NCBI GenBank assembly: GCA_034439615.1
Contig: JAWXAT010000003.1
Coordinates: 51,973-115,972 of the forward strand
Length of the DNA: 64,000 nt
Direction: 5' to 3'
DNA from: Oligoflexia bacterium
Lineage (GTDB): Bacteria > Bdellovibrionota > Bdellovibrionia > JABDDW01
Shown: positions 1 through 10,377 of the stretch, one piece after another
Position numbering within the stretch: the first letter of the stretch is position 1
Layout: every line of letters begins with the position of its first letter
The notes under the pieces: generated by a model
Seen by the model: only the letters and a program-made list of their open reading frames with translations
Databases searched by the model: none
What the model was told of the DNA's origin: nothing
Position numbers and translations under genes: made by a program

Positions 1-1
1 C

Positions 2-139
2 ACTTTGATCATCGGAGCACTTGAATTTAATGCGCTTAAAGGAAAGCTTGGTCCTTTGACTACCGTAAAGGGTGTTATCCACTGTGGCCTTGCACTCACA
101 GTGGTTATGTATTTGATTGTAGAAGTATTAACTAAATAA
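2..139 (+). CDS. 3' end of an upstream gene; hydrophobic C-terminus (...GLALTVVMYLIVEVLTK*), probable membrane protein
   Basis: Frame 2 is open from the window edge to TAA at 137-139. A rho-independent terminator follows directly. Confidence 0.3.
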   Translation, partial: TLIIGALEFNALKGKLGPLTTVKGVIHCGLALTVVMYLIVEVLTK

Positions 140-151
140 CGATGATGTAAA

Positions 152-178
152 AACGGCATCTTCGGGTGCCGTTTTTTG
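152..178 (+). terminator. Rho-independent terminator
   Basis: 9-bp stem aacggcatc/ggtgccgtt with a ttcg loop, followed by a T-tract (gttttttg). Confidence 0.6.
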
Positions 179-306
179 TTTCACTCTCCAGTGCTCTTCT
201 AAGTCATCGAACCAAAACATTTTTTATTTGGCATGCTCAAATCACATACACTCCGCAGATTTATTACATATTGTTCATATGTGGATTTGCCTTTATTATC
301 CAGCCC

Positions 307-1077
307 ATGAAAACAAAAACATTTGCTATAACCCTTGTGGTTCCCATGTTGTTAGCTGCTTGCGGCGATGGTCAAAAAGGACACAAAAGTACGTCCAATG
401 ACAAAGTTTCAGTTAATAATACTGAGAAGGCGATCGATCTTAGTAAACCTCAAAGAGAGTGTACTGAAAAAGAATTTGATCGTTTTGAATTTAAAGGTAC
501 TAAAATTGAAATTGGTCAAGTCCCTGCGGGCAAATATGAATTTCGCAGTGGAGAAGTATACATTCATGCTTCGAATGGTCAGCAATCTGTAGAGGCTTTA
601 GCAACTGATTCAGTAGACGCATCGTCTCCAGAATTGTTTTCAAACACACGGCTTGAATGTGCACGCTCCAAAAACATCACACCTGATCTTGAACTTTTAG
701 TAACAAGTTTTCCAACAACTATGTGGCGTAAAATTGAGGCTGATGGAAAAAACGTTAACCTTTTGGGTGCTCGTTACATAAATGTGGTAATTGGCAAAAC
801 AGGTGTTGAACAAACGTATTTGGTAAAACCTGCATACAATGCCACTACTGGGTTTCCGGATGCATTGAAATTCAAACCCAGCCAATTTGATGGTGTTGTA
901 ATTTATAAAAATCAAGATGGAAGCTTAGATTTAGTAAAACTCATTACCAATAGCGTAAATGGTTTAACTACCACTTCTATTAGTGTCGCAAGATATGCTC
1001 CTATTGTAGATGCTCCTAAAGTCAAAGAAGATGAGAATTTTTCTGATTCCCCTGAGTCATTAGCACGCAGTTCATAA
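307..1077 (+). CDS. Hypothetical lipoprotein
   Basis: MKTKTFAITLVVPMLLAACGDG is a signal peptide with a lipobox (LAAC). The ORF-track start at 166 reads through the terminator, so ATG at 307 is the likelier start. Confidence 0.6.
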   Translation: MKTKTFAITLVVPMLLAACGDGQKGHKSTSNDKVSVNNTEKAIDLSKPQRECTEKEFDRFEFKGTKIEIGQVPAGKYEFRSGEVYIHASNGQQSVEALATDSVDASSPELFSNTRLECARSKNITPDLELLVTSFPTTMWRKIEADGKNVNLLGARYINVVIGKTGVEQTYLVKPAYNATTGFPDALKFKPSQFDGVVIYKNQDGSLDLVKLITNSVNGLTTTSISVARYAPIVDAPKVKEDENFSDSPESLARSS

Positions 1078-1183
1078 ATATTTATCTTGCCAGGAGAGTG
1101 GCTCTAGCCTTTCTTCTTAAGACCTAAGTCGCCAAATAAAATCTGGACTCTCTAAGATATTTCTTCACTGTCAAACTAGTAAG

Positions 1184-2203
1184 ATGCGAAACTTCATAAA
1201 AACGCTTCTTATCTTATCGGGAGTATTTCTTGTTACTTCTTGCGGCCCTCATGAAAGTTTTAGCGTTAAAAGTCTCCTTAACGAGCCCGATGCTGATACG
1301 CCACCAAGTACAGGTAATGAGGGTCTTACCTCTGCACTTAAAATTTGCTCAAAATTAAGTTTTTCAAATGTTAAGTGGCCATCTTCATTAACAGCCTCAG
1401 ATCGCGACGCATTAATGTTAGCTCTTAATCTCTCTGGCAGTTTTGAAGGCAGTGCAGGTTGGGGGAATATCACAAACAATTTTGATGGCACGGGCTTAAG
1501 CCTCGGTCTACTCAATCAAACATTGGGTACTGGCTCACTTCAGCCGCTACTTATCGAAATGCGAAATAATAATTATACAAAAATGGAAAGTGTCTTTGGG
1601 AGTAAGCGGTTTCAAAGTGTGCTTGATATGTTAGCGCTTTGGGAAAAAAATAAAATTTTAACGCTTGAAGATTTTGAAACCTCGAATCGATTCGATATTG
1701 GTTTTGATACTTTAATTAAAGCGGCATCTCGTAATTCTGATTCTATAAATTGGGCAAAGGCCAATCTGTATCAAAGTAATGGGCGCTTCATACCGGAGTG
1801 GTCAAAGGAACTCACAGCTTTGGCAAAATTACCCGAGTATATCTCGATTCAAATAAAAGCAACACTGCCCATGCATACAAGATCACTTGATTACGAAAAA
1901 CGCATTGGTGTTAGAGAGCTGCGTGCCTATCTCATGATGTTTGATGTGACAGTACAAAATGGGAGCATTCCCTCTACTGATTGGGCAGATTTTGCCACAT
2001 ATTTAAAAGCCAGCCCGAAGGCAACTGCCACTGAGCGATTAGATAAGATTCTTGAACTACGTCTTCGCCACGTGCGTACTGAGTATGTCAGTGACGTCAA
2101 AGCGCGCAAGCAGGCCATTATAAACGGTCGCGGTATAGTGCATGGCACTTCACGTAAGCTTGAAACTGAATACTGCTACTCTGGATCACTGAGTTATCGT
2201 TGA
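1184..2203 (+). CDS. Hypothetical lipoprotein, possibly chitosanase/lysozyme-like (GH46-like motif, weak)
   Basis: N-terminus MRNFIKTLLILSGVFLVTSCG carries a lipobox. The internal motif SFEGSAGWG...NFDGTG resembles the GH46 catalytic Glu / DGxG region. This is recalled from memory only. Confidence 0.5.
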   Translation: MRNFIKTLLILSGVFLVTSCGPHESFSVKSLLNEPDADTPPSTGNEGLTSALKICSKLSFSNVKWPSSLTASDRDALMLALNLSGSFEGSAGWGNITNNFDGTGLSLGLLNQTLGTGSLQPLLIEMRNNNYTKMESVFGSKRFQSVLDMLALWEKNKILTLEDFETSNRFDIGFDTLIKAASRNSDSINWAKANLYQSNGRFIPEWSKELTALAKLPEYISIQIKATLPMHTRSLDYEKRIGVRELRAYLMMFDVTVQNGSIPSTDWADFATYLKASPKATATERLDKILELRLRHVRTEYVSDVKARKQAIINGRGIVHGTSRKLETEYCYSGSLSYR

Positions 2204-2282
2204 TAATTTCTGATTGTTATGTCATTGATTGTTTCTAAATTAGATAATTTCTGATCAAAATCTTGAATTATAAGGAATTACA

Positions 2283-3959
2283 ATGGCACAGGAATTTGCG
2301 TATACAATGAAGGGTTTGGGTAAGGTATATCCCCCCAACAAACAAGTCCTTAAAGATATTTTTCTCTCATTTTATCATGGTGCCAAAATCGGTGTTCTTG
2401 GCCTTAACGGCTCAGGTAAAAGTTCGCTGCTTAAAATTATGGCCGGCATGGATAAAGAATTCGTTGGTGAAGCATTTCCTGGTAAAAACATACGCGTTGG
2501 ATTTCTTCCGCAAGAACCAAAGCTTGATGAATCAAAAACTGTAAAAGAAAATGTTCAAGAGGGTATGGGTGAAGTTGTTGCTTTGCTGCGACGCTTTGAT
2601 GAGATCAATGCTAAGTTTGCAGAAGAGATGCCTCCTGAAAAAATGGAAAAACTTTTAGAGGAGCAAGCTCGCGTTCAAGAAAAACTCGATCATCTTAATG
2701 CTTGGGAATTAGACCGCACTTTAGAGGTCGCTATGGATGCACTTCGTTGCCCCCCTGGTGAAAGTGCAGTTACAAATCTTTCTGGTGGTGAGCGTCGCCG
2801 TGTGGCTATGTGCAAATTACTACTTGAAGCTCCTGAATTATTATTACTTGATGAGCCGACAAACCATCTAGATGCTGAATCAGTATCTTGGCTTGAGAAT
2901 CATCTCAGAGATTACAAGGGTGCGGTAATCGCAGTTACCCATGATCGTTATTTTTTAGATAATATTGCAGGCTGGATCTTAGAACTTGATCGTGGAACAG
3001 GAATTCCTTGGAAGGGAAATTACTCTTCTTGGCTTGAGCAAAAACAAGCACGTTTGGCCGGAGAAGAAAAAACTGAAAGTAAGCGTCAACGTACTTTATC
3101 AAAAGAGCTTGAATGGATTCGAATGAGTCCACGTGCTCGTCAAAGTAAGAGTAAGGCTCGTATTTCTGCATATGAAAATCTATTGGCAGAAGAACAAAAA
3201 ACTAAAATGGAAGATGTAGAGATACAAATTCCACCTGGGCCACGTTTGGGTGATGTGGTTATTAAGCTTGAGAGCGTTTCCAAAGCTTACGGAGATAAAT
3301 TATTAGTTGATAATGCAAGTTTCTCAATTCCTCCAGGAGCAATTGTTGGGATCATTGGCCCCAATGGTGCTGGTAAAACAACTTTATTTCGCATGATCAC
3401 GGGTCAAGAAAAACCTGATAAAGGAAATGTCGTTGTAGGAAGTACTGTGAAGCTTGGTTATGTTGATCAATCACGCGCATCACTTGATGATAAAAAAACA
3501 ATTTATGAAGAAATCTCAGGCGGTGCTGAGCAAATATTAATTGGTAAGCGTGAACTCCCGGCGCGTCAGTATGTTTCTTGGTTTAACTTTTCAGGTACAG
3601 ATCAGCAAAAGCGAGTGGGTGTACTTTCTGGTGGTGAGCGCAATCGTGTTCATTTGGCAAAAATGCTAAAAGAGAGTGCCAACGTATTACTCCTCGACGA
3701 ACCAACAAACGACCTTGATGTAAATACTCTTCGTGCGCTTGAAGATGCGCTCTTGAATTTTTCAGGCTGCACCTTGGTAATCAGCCATGATCGCTGGTTT
3801 TTAGATCGTATTGCGACTCACATATTAGCCTTTGAAGATGAAAGTCGCGTGGTCTTTAACGAGGGTAATTATCAAGATTACGAAGAAGACTTAAAAAAGC
3901 GATTGGGAGTCGAAACCCTCACACCTCATCGAATTCGTTATAAGAAATTAAAACAGTAG
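2283..3959 (+). CDS. ettA: Energy-dependent translational throttle protein EttA (ABC-F ATPase)
   Basis: 558 aa with two ABC cassettes (Walker A GLNGSGKS / GPNGAGKT, signature LSGGERRRV / LSGGERNRV). Near-colinear with E. coli EttA/YjjK from the N-terminus MAQEF... Confidence 0.95.
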   Translation: MAQEFAYTMKGLGKVYPPNKQVLKDIFLSFYHGAKIGVLGLNGSGKSSLLKIMAGMDKEFVGEAFPGKNIRVGFLPQEPKLDESKTVKENVQEGMGEVVALLRRFDEINAKFAEEMPPEKMEKLLEEQARVQEKLDHLNAWELDRTLEVAMDALRCPPGESAVTNLSGGERRRVAMCKLLLEAPELLLLDEPTNHLDAESVSWLENHLRDYKGAVIAVTHDRYFLDNIAGWILELDRGTGIPWKGNYSSWLEQKQARLAGEEKTESKRQRTLSKELEWIRMSPRARQSKSKARISAYENLLAEEQKTKMEDVEIQIPPGPRLGDVVIKLESVSKAYGDKLLVDNASFSIPPGAIVGIIGPNGAGKTTLFRMITGQEKPDKGNVVVGSTVKLGYVDQSRASLDDKKTIYEEISGGAEQILIGKRELPARQYVSWFNFSGTDQQKRVGVLSGGERNRVHLAKMLKESANVLLLDEPTNDLDVNTLRALEDALLNFSGCTLVISHDRWFLDRIATHILAFEDESRVVFNEGNYQDYEEDLKKRLGVETLTPHRIRYKKLKQ

Positions 3960-4036
3960 GCATATTTTATATCTCGTCTTTAGTCGGTGTCAGATGATTG
4001 GCTTTAGCATTGCCTTTCATAGCCGAAAAGAAAGGT

Positions 4037-4591
4037 ATGAAGGATGCGAAGAGTTTTGCTGAAATTCTAGACTCGCTGATTAAGCCCACTGAAAGCCAAC
4101 TTGATAATTCATTGGGTTTTTCAAAATCATATACACTCAATGCTAAGACTGAGCTTCAAGCTGATTTTCTAAGTCGCCTTGTTTTTGGTAACGACCAGTT
4201 TAAAGTGACACTTGATAAATCGGTAATGCATAACGTAAAAGTTAAATATAAAACTGAAAATAAAAAAGTAAATGCACAAAAATTATTTGATTTTGTGACG
4301 CCGGTTTCAGCGCCTACTTTCAAACTCGCACCAACTTCAAATAAAGTTGAGACTCCAAAGTCACGAGTGAAACGAAAACTTACATTTGATCAATTAAATG
4401 CGCTTAAGGTTTTTTTAAAATTTGGTGAATCAAAAATAGATGAGTATTCAACAACTGAAGAAATCAAGAGTGCGTATCGCAGGCTTGCAAGAAAATATCA
4501 TCCTGATGCTCGCGTTAATGTGAGTGATATAAAATTAAATAACGCTGAAGCATTTAAGTTGATTTCTGCCGCATATAAAAAATTAATTTGA
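4037..4591 (+). CDS. J-domain (DnaJ-like) protein with a C-terminal J domain
   Basis: The C-terminus EEIKSAYRRLARKYHPDAR contains the HPD motif. Start placed at ATG 4037 because of the upstream aaagaaagg RBS; the track start 3998 is less likely. Confidence 0.6.
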   Translation: MKDAKSFAEILDSLIKPTESQLDNSLGFSKSYTLNAKTELQADFLSRLVFGNDQFKVTLDKSVMHNVKVKYKTENKKVNAQKLFDFVTPVSAPTFKLAPTSNKVETPKSRVKRKLTFDQLNALKVFLKFGESKIDEYSTTEEIKSAYRRLARKYHPDARVNVSDIKLNNAEAFKLISAAYKKLI

Positions 4592-5470
4592 TCCGATTTG
4601 AGAACCCAATTTAATAAAACTTTCACGATTTTGTTTTGATTGCTCAATAATGTCCCCGTCGGGTTTCCAACGGCCAGGTTCTCCCATGAGAATTACAGTT
4701 GATGCCCCGAAGAGAAAATATCCTTTTTCATCGCCTCGTTTGTAGGGTTGATCACTTGGATGTGTTTGAATAATTTTACCAACGGCCATGGCCCCTACTT
4801 CTATGTAGGCGAGTTTGCCGAAGTTGGTAGTTTCTAAAATACTAATGTGCCGTTCATTTGTGCAAAAAATATCACTTTTATATTTTAATGCTAAGGGATT
4901 AACAGAGTGTAAAGTTCCTTCAATGCGATAGGTCTTGTTTGTTGTACCGTCATCTGGATAATGAAAACGATGATAATCTACCGGGCATAGTCGGGCAATC
5001 AAGAGGGGGCCTCCAATAAAGGGCTCTGCAAGTTTCTCGCTGTCGAGTAATGCTTGAGCTGAAAGATGATCTCCTTTTACGGGGTATTTTTGATCAGCTA
5101 TTATTTTTTCAAAGGCTAGATATCTTGCTTCAGCAAATGCGGGCATTGAACTGCTTTTTGCAAATGGCCTTACATTGGGTTTAAAGCGTCTGATAAAAAA
5201 ATCATTAAATGTTTTAAAATGTTCATTTTCATATTCACTCATTTTAATTTTAAAATTTTGAATAAATGGTGCAATGGCTTTTTGACTTAATCTTGAGTCT
5301 TGGTAAAACCCATAAGCTTTACTTATAATTTTTCGTGTTAAAAATCTTTCAGCTATTTTTTGTCCGTATGAAGTCTCGTAGAGCCATCGAACTATTTGAT
5401 CGCCATAGACTTGCTCGGTTTCAAGTCGACCCTGCTCACGGTTCCAAAATTTTATTTCAGGTGTGTTCAT
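4583..5470 (-). CDS. psd: Phosphatidylserine decarboxylase proenzyme
   Basis: PVDYHRFHYP motif and the FGASTV self-cleavage (GST) motif near the C-terminus. Size 295 aa is typical. Confidence 0.85.
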   Translation of the reverse strand: MNTPEIKFWNREQGRLETEQVYGDQIVRWLYETSYGQKIAERFLTRKIISKAYGFYQDSRLSQKAIAPFIQNFKIKMSEYENEHFKTFNDFFIRRFKPNVRPFAKSSSMPAFAEARYLAFEKIIADQKYPVKGDHLSAQALLDSEKLAEPFIGGPLLIARLCPVDYHRFHYPDDGTTNKTYRIEGTLHSVNPLALKYKSDIFCTNERHISILETTNFGKLAYIEVGAMAVGKIIQTHPSDQPYKRGDEKGYFLFGASTVILMGEPGRWKPDGDIIEQSKQNRESFIKLGSQIGSN

Positions 5471-7578
5471 TGTGCTCGACCCGTTTTGATGCGTTTAGGA
5501 ATATAGTAACTTCTTTTGTCAGCAAGACTGCGCGCAACTAAAAGTGCTTCTGCATGAGCCCAACCTAGGGGGCAAACGCTGACCCCCGTTTGTTCACACA
5601 TTACTCCTGTGGCTGGATTAATACTTTCTACCAAAACATTAACATGTGGCATGGGATCTTCGCCTCGCATGATAGCGGCAAGGGCTCGCTCGCCAGAAAG
5701 TAGGGGCCAGGCTTTGCCAACTTGATTTGTACCGTAAGCATCATGATTATATCTTAAATAACCGAGGCCTCCGGGAGCTTGTGCACGCGCCATTCGATCA
5801 TAAATAGTTAATGAAGAGGTAAAGCGCGGGTCTTGACCTGCGATCAAACCAGAAATGATCCATTGAAGAAAGCCGCCATCTATAATTTCATTTTCTTCAT
5901 AAACTTGTCCGCCGTTTGCAATTTGAAGTGGTGTTGCGTGATTGTGATTATCAGGGTGACCAATATGAATGCGTTCAAAATAATTTCGCCCAAGATTTCC
6001 ATTTGCAACAAGTGTCCATTGAAAAACATTATCGCGCCATTTATTTGCAGTGTTCATATAAATTTGTGCGCGACTTGGATCCCTTTCTTTTTCAAGCCAA
6101 GCAGCTTCATAAAGACCTTGAGTAGCAATTGCTATAGAATTTGGACTCAATCCAGCAACTTCTTCCCAGCGATCTTGACCTGTATAGGGGCCAAATTTCA
6201 CCAGTGCATCTGCAGCGCGAACGACCATTGAGCGAAACTCATCGTAGTTAATGGCTCGCTCTTCTAAAAGCTTACCCACTAAAATAATCGGAAACCCAGT
6301 TTGATCTATTTGGAAAATGCGCCAACTTGGATCGCCATTTACCCAAGTGTTTTGCCAAAATGTTCCATCTGATTTTTGAGTTTTTACAAAATAACGAGCG
6401 ATATTTGTAGCTGTTATGTAATCTCCAGCAGCCATAAGACCTAAAGCCATTTGTGCAAGATCCCGCGGCCATACACGGTGATAACCGCCATTGGCATCTC
6501 CAGTGCGAAGTCTTGCTGATTCATAATCATGTTCTGAGAGTTCGATTTGATCTGGAAGCGAAGGCTTTGCAGGCCCAGCAACAATTGCGCCGAGAAAAAA
6601 TTTATCTTCCATACCTTTGATCATAAGTACGTGAGGTTCAAGCTTTTGACCGATTGAATTAAGTTTTGCCAAGTACGCTGACCATTCTTGTTGTTGGAGG
6701 GCGAGTAATTGACTAACGGGTGTGTTGAAATTTTTATGAGTGAGTTGTCTTAAGACTTCAGTGGGGTTTAGCCCAGCTTGTTCTGCTGTAAAACTTAATG
6801 CGAGTGTTAACTGAACTTGAGATGTGTTTGGAGTAAACCCGAGTGCACCTGAGACATTTCCATTGCGAGCACTCTGATACTTATATGGAAGTGCATGATA
6901 CTGATTTAGTTGATTCCATGGGGCATTCACGCCTTCAAAGCCAACGGCGCCATCTTCAGCGGGGCGATTCATTTTTAAAATTTGAACGGTACGACGTGCA
7001 AATACGGCGGGCTCATCACCACGACGATCAGATTGATAGCTGAGAATTTCACCAGGCTCTTGAGCATTGGCTATGATGGCAACAGCATCTCCACCAGCGG
7101 TGTTGTCAGTAGCTGGATTATGTAAAACATAAATGCGGGGTGGTTGAGGCGTATTGATCGAAAGTTGATAATTCACGATAACTGTTGGTTGAGTTGGATC
7201 AAGTAAAATATCTTTTTCAATACGAATGTTGGCTCTGCGGCTCACCGAACTAACGTGATAAGCCAGGGAATGTGGATATCGAGTAACGGTATGAACGAAA
7301 TCTTTACGCTCTTCTAAAATAGTATTATCGACGATAAAAATAAGTTGAGTGTCACGTGTTTGGGCGCGATCAAGTGAGGGGTAATAAACCTCTGATAAAA
7401 TACCTTCAGCGATTGTGGCGGTTACAGGTTGTTTAAGTGTTGCGAGAAATCCTTGTTTATCAGGGCGCCCCCAAACGCCCATCATGCCAGGGCCATTGGG
7501 TGCTTCATTAAAATTTGGTGTCGCACCAATTGTGAATATGCATAGAAGTAATATGGTAGAGAAAATACTTCTTTTCAT
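5467..7578 (-). CDS. Secreted glycoside hydrolase family 15-like protein (glucoamylase / glucodextranase / trehalase-like)
   Basis: Signal peptide MKRSIFSTILLLCIFTIGA. Contains HRVWPRD and the general-acid motif GQDRWEEVAG (DxWEE) typical of GH15 (alpha/alpha)6 barrels. Confidence 0.6.
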   Translation of the reverse strand: MKRSIFSTILLLCIFTIGATPNFNEAPNGPGMMGVWGRPDKQGFLATLKQPVTATIAEGILSEVYYPSLDRAQTRDTQLIFIVDNTILEERKDFVHTVTRYPHSLAYHVSSVSRRANIRIEKDILLDPTQPTVIVNYQLSINTPQPPRIYVLHNPATDNTAGGDAVAIIANAQEPGEILSYQSDRRGDEPAVFARRTVQILKMNRPAEDGAVGFEGVNAPWNQLNQYHALPYKYQSARNGNVSGALGFTPNTSQVQLTLALSFTAEQAGLNPTEVLRQLTHKNFNTPVSQLLALQQQEWSAYLAKLNSIGQKLEPHVLMIKGMEDKFFLGAIVAGPAKPSLPDQIELSEHDYESARLRTGDANGGYHRVWPRDLAQMALGLMAAGDYITATNIARYFVKTQKSDGTFWQNTWVNGDPSWRIFQIDQTGFPIILVGKLLEERAINYDEFRSMVVRAADALVKFGPYTGQDRWEEVAGLSPNSIAIATQGLYEAAWLEKERDPSRAQIYMNTANKWRDNVFQWTLVANGNLGRNYFERIHIGHPDNHNHATPLQIANGGQVYEENEIIDGGFLQWIISGLIAGQDPRFTSSLTIYDRMARAQAPGGLGYLRYNHDAYGTNQVGKAWPLLSGERALAAIMRGEDPMPHVNVLVESINPATGVMCEQTGVSVCPLGWAHAEALLVARSLADKRSYYIPKRIKTGRAQ

Positions 7579-7587
7579 TAAATCATC

Positions 7588-8787
7588 CTATAAATGATTG
7601 AGGTTGAAACGTTTTTTATAAGTCGTTGGAGCAACACGCTCTTGTTGCATGCCTGCATTTGTAATTGTCACATTGAATTCAATACGATCATTATACTGAA
7701 CAATGTTTTCAACACTTATGCCTCTTTTTGCATCAACAAATTTTGTAATTTTGAGGGCTCCAGGAAACGGATCACTTTCGTCGCCAAAATTTTCGCTGAT
7801 CGGTGGGAGAGGTCGGTGACCAAGATTTGTTCCAGAGTTTATGTCATCGCGCCCGTCTGCTTGGATGATTTTATAATTATTCCAGATAAGAAGTCCGTGT
7901 CCTCTGTGATCAGTGGAGAAACCTTGTTTTGAACGATACTCAAGGTAGTAGTTTGTTCCATAGCCAAGGGGAATAGCAATCACATCGCCGCTGGTTTCTA
8001 CGGGTCTAAGTTTTAATCCTAATTGAGTTTTATTAATGATTTGTGGTTTTACCCAACCGATTTGTATTTTGCTGTACGGCTCAAAATGACTTGGATATCG
8101 AAATAGATTTTCCTGTTTGATCGTATTGGTGGTTCCCCAGGCGCCAAGGCCCATCATGCCCCACATTCCGATTCCGTAGCGTCCGTGATAGTGATCGTTA
8201 TAGAGATCGGGAAATCCGAAAAGTTCATGTCCTGCTTCGTGAAGAAAAAAACCAATGGGAAGTGCACCGCCAATTGAGCCAACACCTTCTGATTGAAAAA
8301 CGATGGTGTGTTCTGCCTGAGATAACCTTCCAAACATACATGAAGGTCCAACGCGATCATGGGGAATGCGACCAGTGTGTACGATAAAGAGATGATCCAC
8401 TTTGCCGTCGTTATTTGAATCGTAATCTTTCATATTTATGAGGTTTGAAAACTGTTTCCAACCTTCTTGTGCAATGAAATTGGGTTCACATCCTCTTTGT
8501 GCATTCCATTTAAGTGTGGAGCGTTTCCATTCTAAAACATCACCGGTGATATCAAACTTACCGGTTGAGTTTTCTACAAAGTATTGTCTGAGTGAAGGAG
8601 CTTGAAGTTTAAAGAAAGTGTCGTCGACAACTTGTCTTGTGTGGTTGCTGGGTTTATCAGCCCATTCTAAAAGTAACACTAGGGCTCGCTGATTACCGAG
8701 CCAGGTACCAGTGGTGGGAACTGTGGAACCAATTGATGTTGAGCTCAGACATATAATTACTGCGAAAACCAGAATAAAAATTTTCAT
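7588..8787 (-). CDS. Secreted M6-like zinc metalloprotease (immune inhibitor A-like)
   Basis: HEAGHELFGFPDLY matches the HExxH...PDLYD motif of the M6 family. Signal peptide MKIFILVFAVIICLSS. Start moved to ATG 8787 where the signal peptide begins. Confidence 0.65.
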   Translation of the reverse strand: MKIFILVFAVIICLSSTSIGSTVPTTGTWLGNQRALVLLLEWADKPSNHTRQVVDDTFFKLQAPSLRQYFVENSTGKFDITGDVLEWKRSTLKWNAQRGCEPNFIAQEGWKQFSNLINMKDYDSNNDGKVDHLFIVHTGRIPHDRVGPSCMFGRLSQAEHTIVFQSEGVGSIGGALPIGFFLHEAGHELFGFPDLYNDHYHGRYGIGMWGMMGLGAWGTTNTIKQENLFRYPSHFEPYSKIQIGWVKPQIINKTQLGLKLRPVETSGDVIAIPLGYGTNYYLEYRSKQGFSTDHRGHGLLIWNNYKIIQADGRDDINSGTNLGHRPLPPISENFGDESDPFPGALKITKFVDAKRGISVENIVQYNDRIEFNVTITNAGMQQERVAPTTYKKRFNLNHL

Positions 8788-8857
8788 AAACCCCTCTCCC
8801 TTTTGCACAGATAAATAACCGGGTGAAGGTGGGTGAGTCAACTAGAAGGAGTTGTGC

Positions 8858-10108
8858 TCAATCCTGGACGGTTAAATAATCTGACGGTGAGAGAAGGGGT
8901 AAGATTGGTACACGTGCAAGAACTGGATCGAAGGTGAATATAAGTGAACCTAAACTAGCTAATGTGATTTCGGCGATAATAGATCCGCTGAATTTTCCTT
9001 TATAGCGGCTATGCACAACAGGAGCGTTGAGGAGTAATCGTTCAAAACCAACATTTCTGCCTAAGGGTTCACATACTGCATCTTTTAAAACTCCGATAGT
9101 ATCAGCGTCAGCTTTTATTGAGACAATCCCTTCAGTAGGTGTGCCGAGGTTGCGAGTAAAAAAACCGGTGAAAATGGAGGCGTTTGCGAAGCCCAGTCGA
9201 TAGGCGATTGAGTCTAAACCGCTAATTGTACTTGCACAAGTGTTACGACCAAGTCCTAAAGCAATAGCGCGAGCACTTGAGATTTGTAAATTACGTGAAT
9301 CGTTTGTAGTCGTGAAGGTTACAGGTCCAGAAATAAAAACTGATTTTGTGACATAGAGGTGACAACCTTTTTCTGTGTTAATTTGAGCGTTGTTTAGCCA
9401 AAGAATTCCATCGATAATGACTTCACCCTCACAAGTTATAATGTTTGCGTTGGTGAAATAGCCGCCAAGTGTAGAGAGTTGAATGCCAGATAGTGCTGGG
9501 GAGTCAGAATGAGTCGGAATATATTTAAGAGTTTCGCCACCACTGAGATTTGCCACAGCTCTTATTCGATCAGCAGTGGGTGCACCGATGTAAACGCTGC
9601 TTACCTCTTTAACTTGCACTGCTTTACTTACTTCAACATCACTGTTTGCTAAAATAAATTTGAGGTACGCTGCTAATGTGGGTTCTGAAACATCGACATC
9701 TGAGGTTGGTGCGCGCGGCACGGTGATTGTCTTTCCTGTGAGTGTTGCAGATGCCCAATTTTTATTACTACCCGTTGTTAAATCAAAGTCCCCATAAACG
9801 CTATTGCCCTTTGTGTTATGCAATCCGAACGGAAGAACACTGGGAGTGCCACCAAAAAAATAATTCAACCCCCGACCATCACCACCATATCCGAAATCAG
9901 TAATGATGTTGGATCCGATATTTGAGTGACACATGATGCAACCAGTACCTCGAGAAGCAAGTGCGGGTTGTATAGTGCGAAAAGCATTAAAGGCGAGGGG
10001 TCTTACGGACTGCTCTACCTTGTAAAAATGCATTTCGCTGCACCCAGATGCTGAAAAAGCCGAACCAATAAGCAACGTAATATTGAAGAGATGTTTAAGT
10101 AGTGCCAT
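8858..10108 (-). CDS. Hypothetical lipoprotein with a single CxxCH motif and a beta-helix-like repeat region
   Basis: MALLKHLFNITLLIGSAFSASGC signal/lipobox, GCIMCHS (CxxCH) near the N-terminus, then a Gly/Thr/Asn-rich region consistent with a parallel beta-helix. Start taken at ATG 10108. Confidence 0.5.
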   Translation of the reverse strand: MALLKHLFNITLLIGSAFSASGCSEMHFYKVEQSVRPLAFNAFRTIQPALASRGTGCIMCHSNIGSNIITDFGYGGDGRGLNYFFGGTPSVLPFGLHNTKGNSVYGDFDLTTGSNKNWASATLTGKTITVPRAPTSDVDVSEPTLAAYLKFILANSDVEVSKAVQVKEVSSVYIGAPTADRIRAVANLSGGETLKYIPTHSDSPALSGIQLSTLGGYFTNANIITCEGEVIIDGILWLNNAQINTEKGCHLYVTKSVFISGPVTFTTTNDSRNLQISSARAIALGLGRNTCASTISGLDSIAYRLGFANASIFTGFFTRNLGTPTEGIVSIKADADTIGVLKDAVCEPLGRNVGFERLLLNAPVVHSRYKGKFSGSIIAEITLASLGSLIFTFDPVLARVPILPLLSPSDYLTVQD

Positions 10109-10377
10109 ATGCCAAACCCCGCAAACTATATGCTGCAATTGAAAAGCCCACTAGGGTGCTATCTGGGTGTTTGGCGGTGACAATGGGGTGATCAATTGTA
10201 TGGGTTTTTGACGAATTCATGGAGGAGAGGTCGCGAGAGTAAGCGTGTGGAAAACAAACAAGGCCTGGAATTTTAGCTGTATCTTCAGTCGTTCTCGGTT
10301 TATATCTGTCGAAAATGGATTATTCGGTTCCAGTGCCAAAACCGATTGCCAAATAGACAGAGCAAATGGAATGTTGA

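Noticed and set aside
166-306. GTG-initiated N-terminal extension of the first lipoprotein ORF (track start 166)
   Set aside because: It would begin inside the terminator hairpin of the upstream gene. The signal peptide/lipobox starts at ATG 307.
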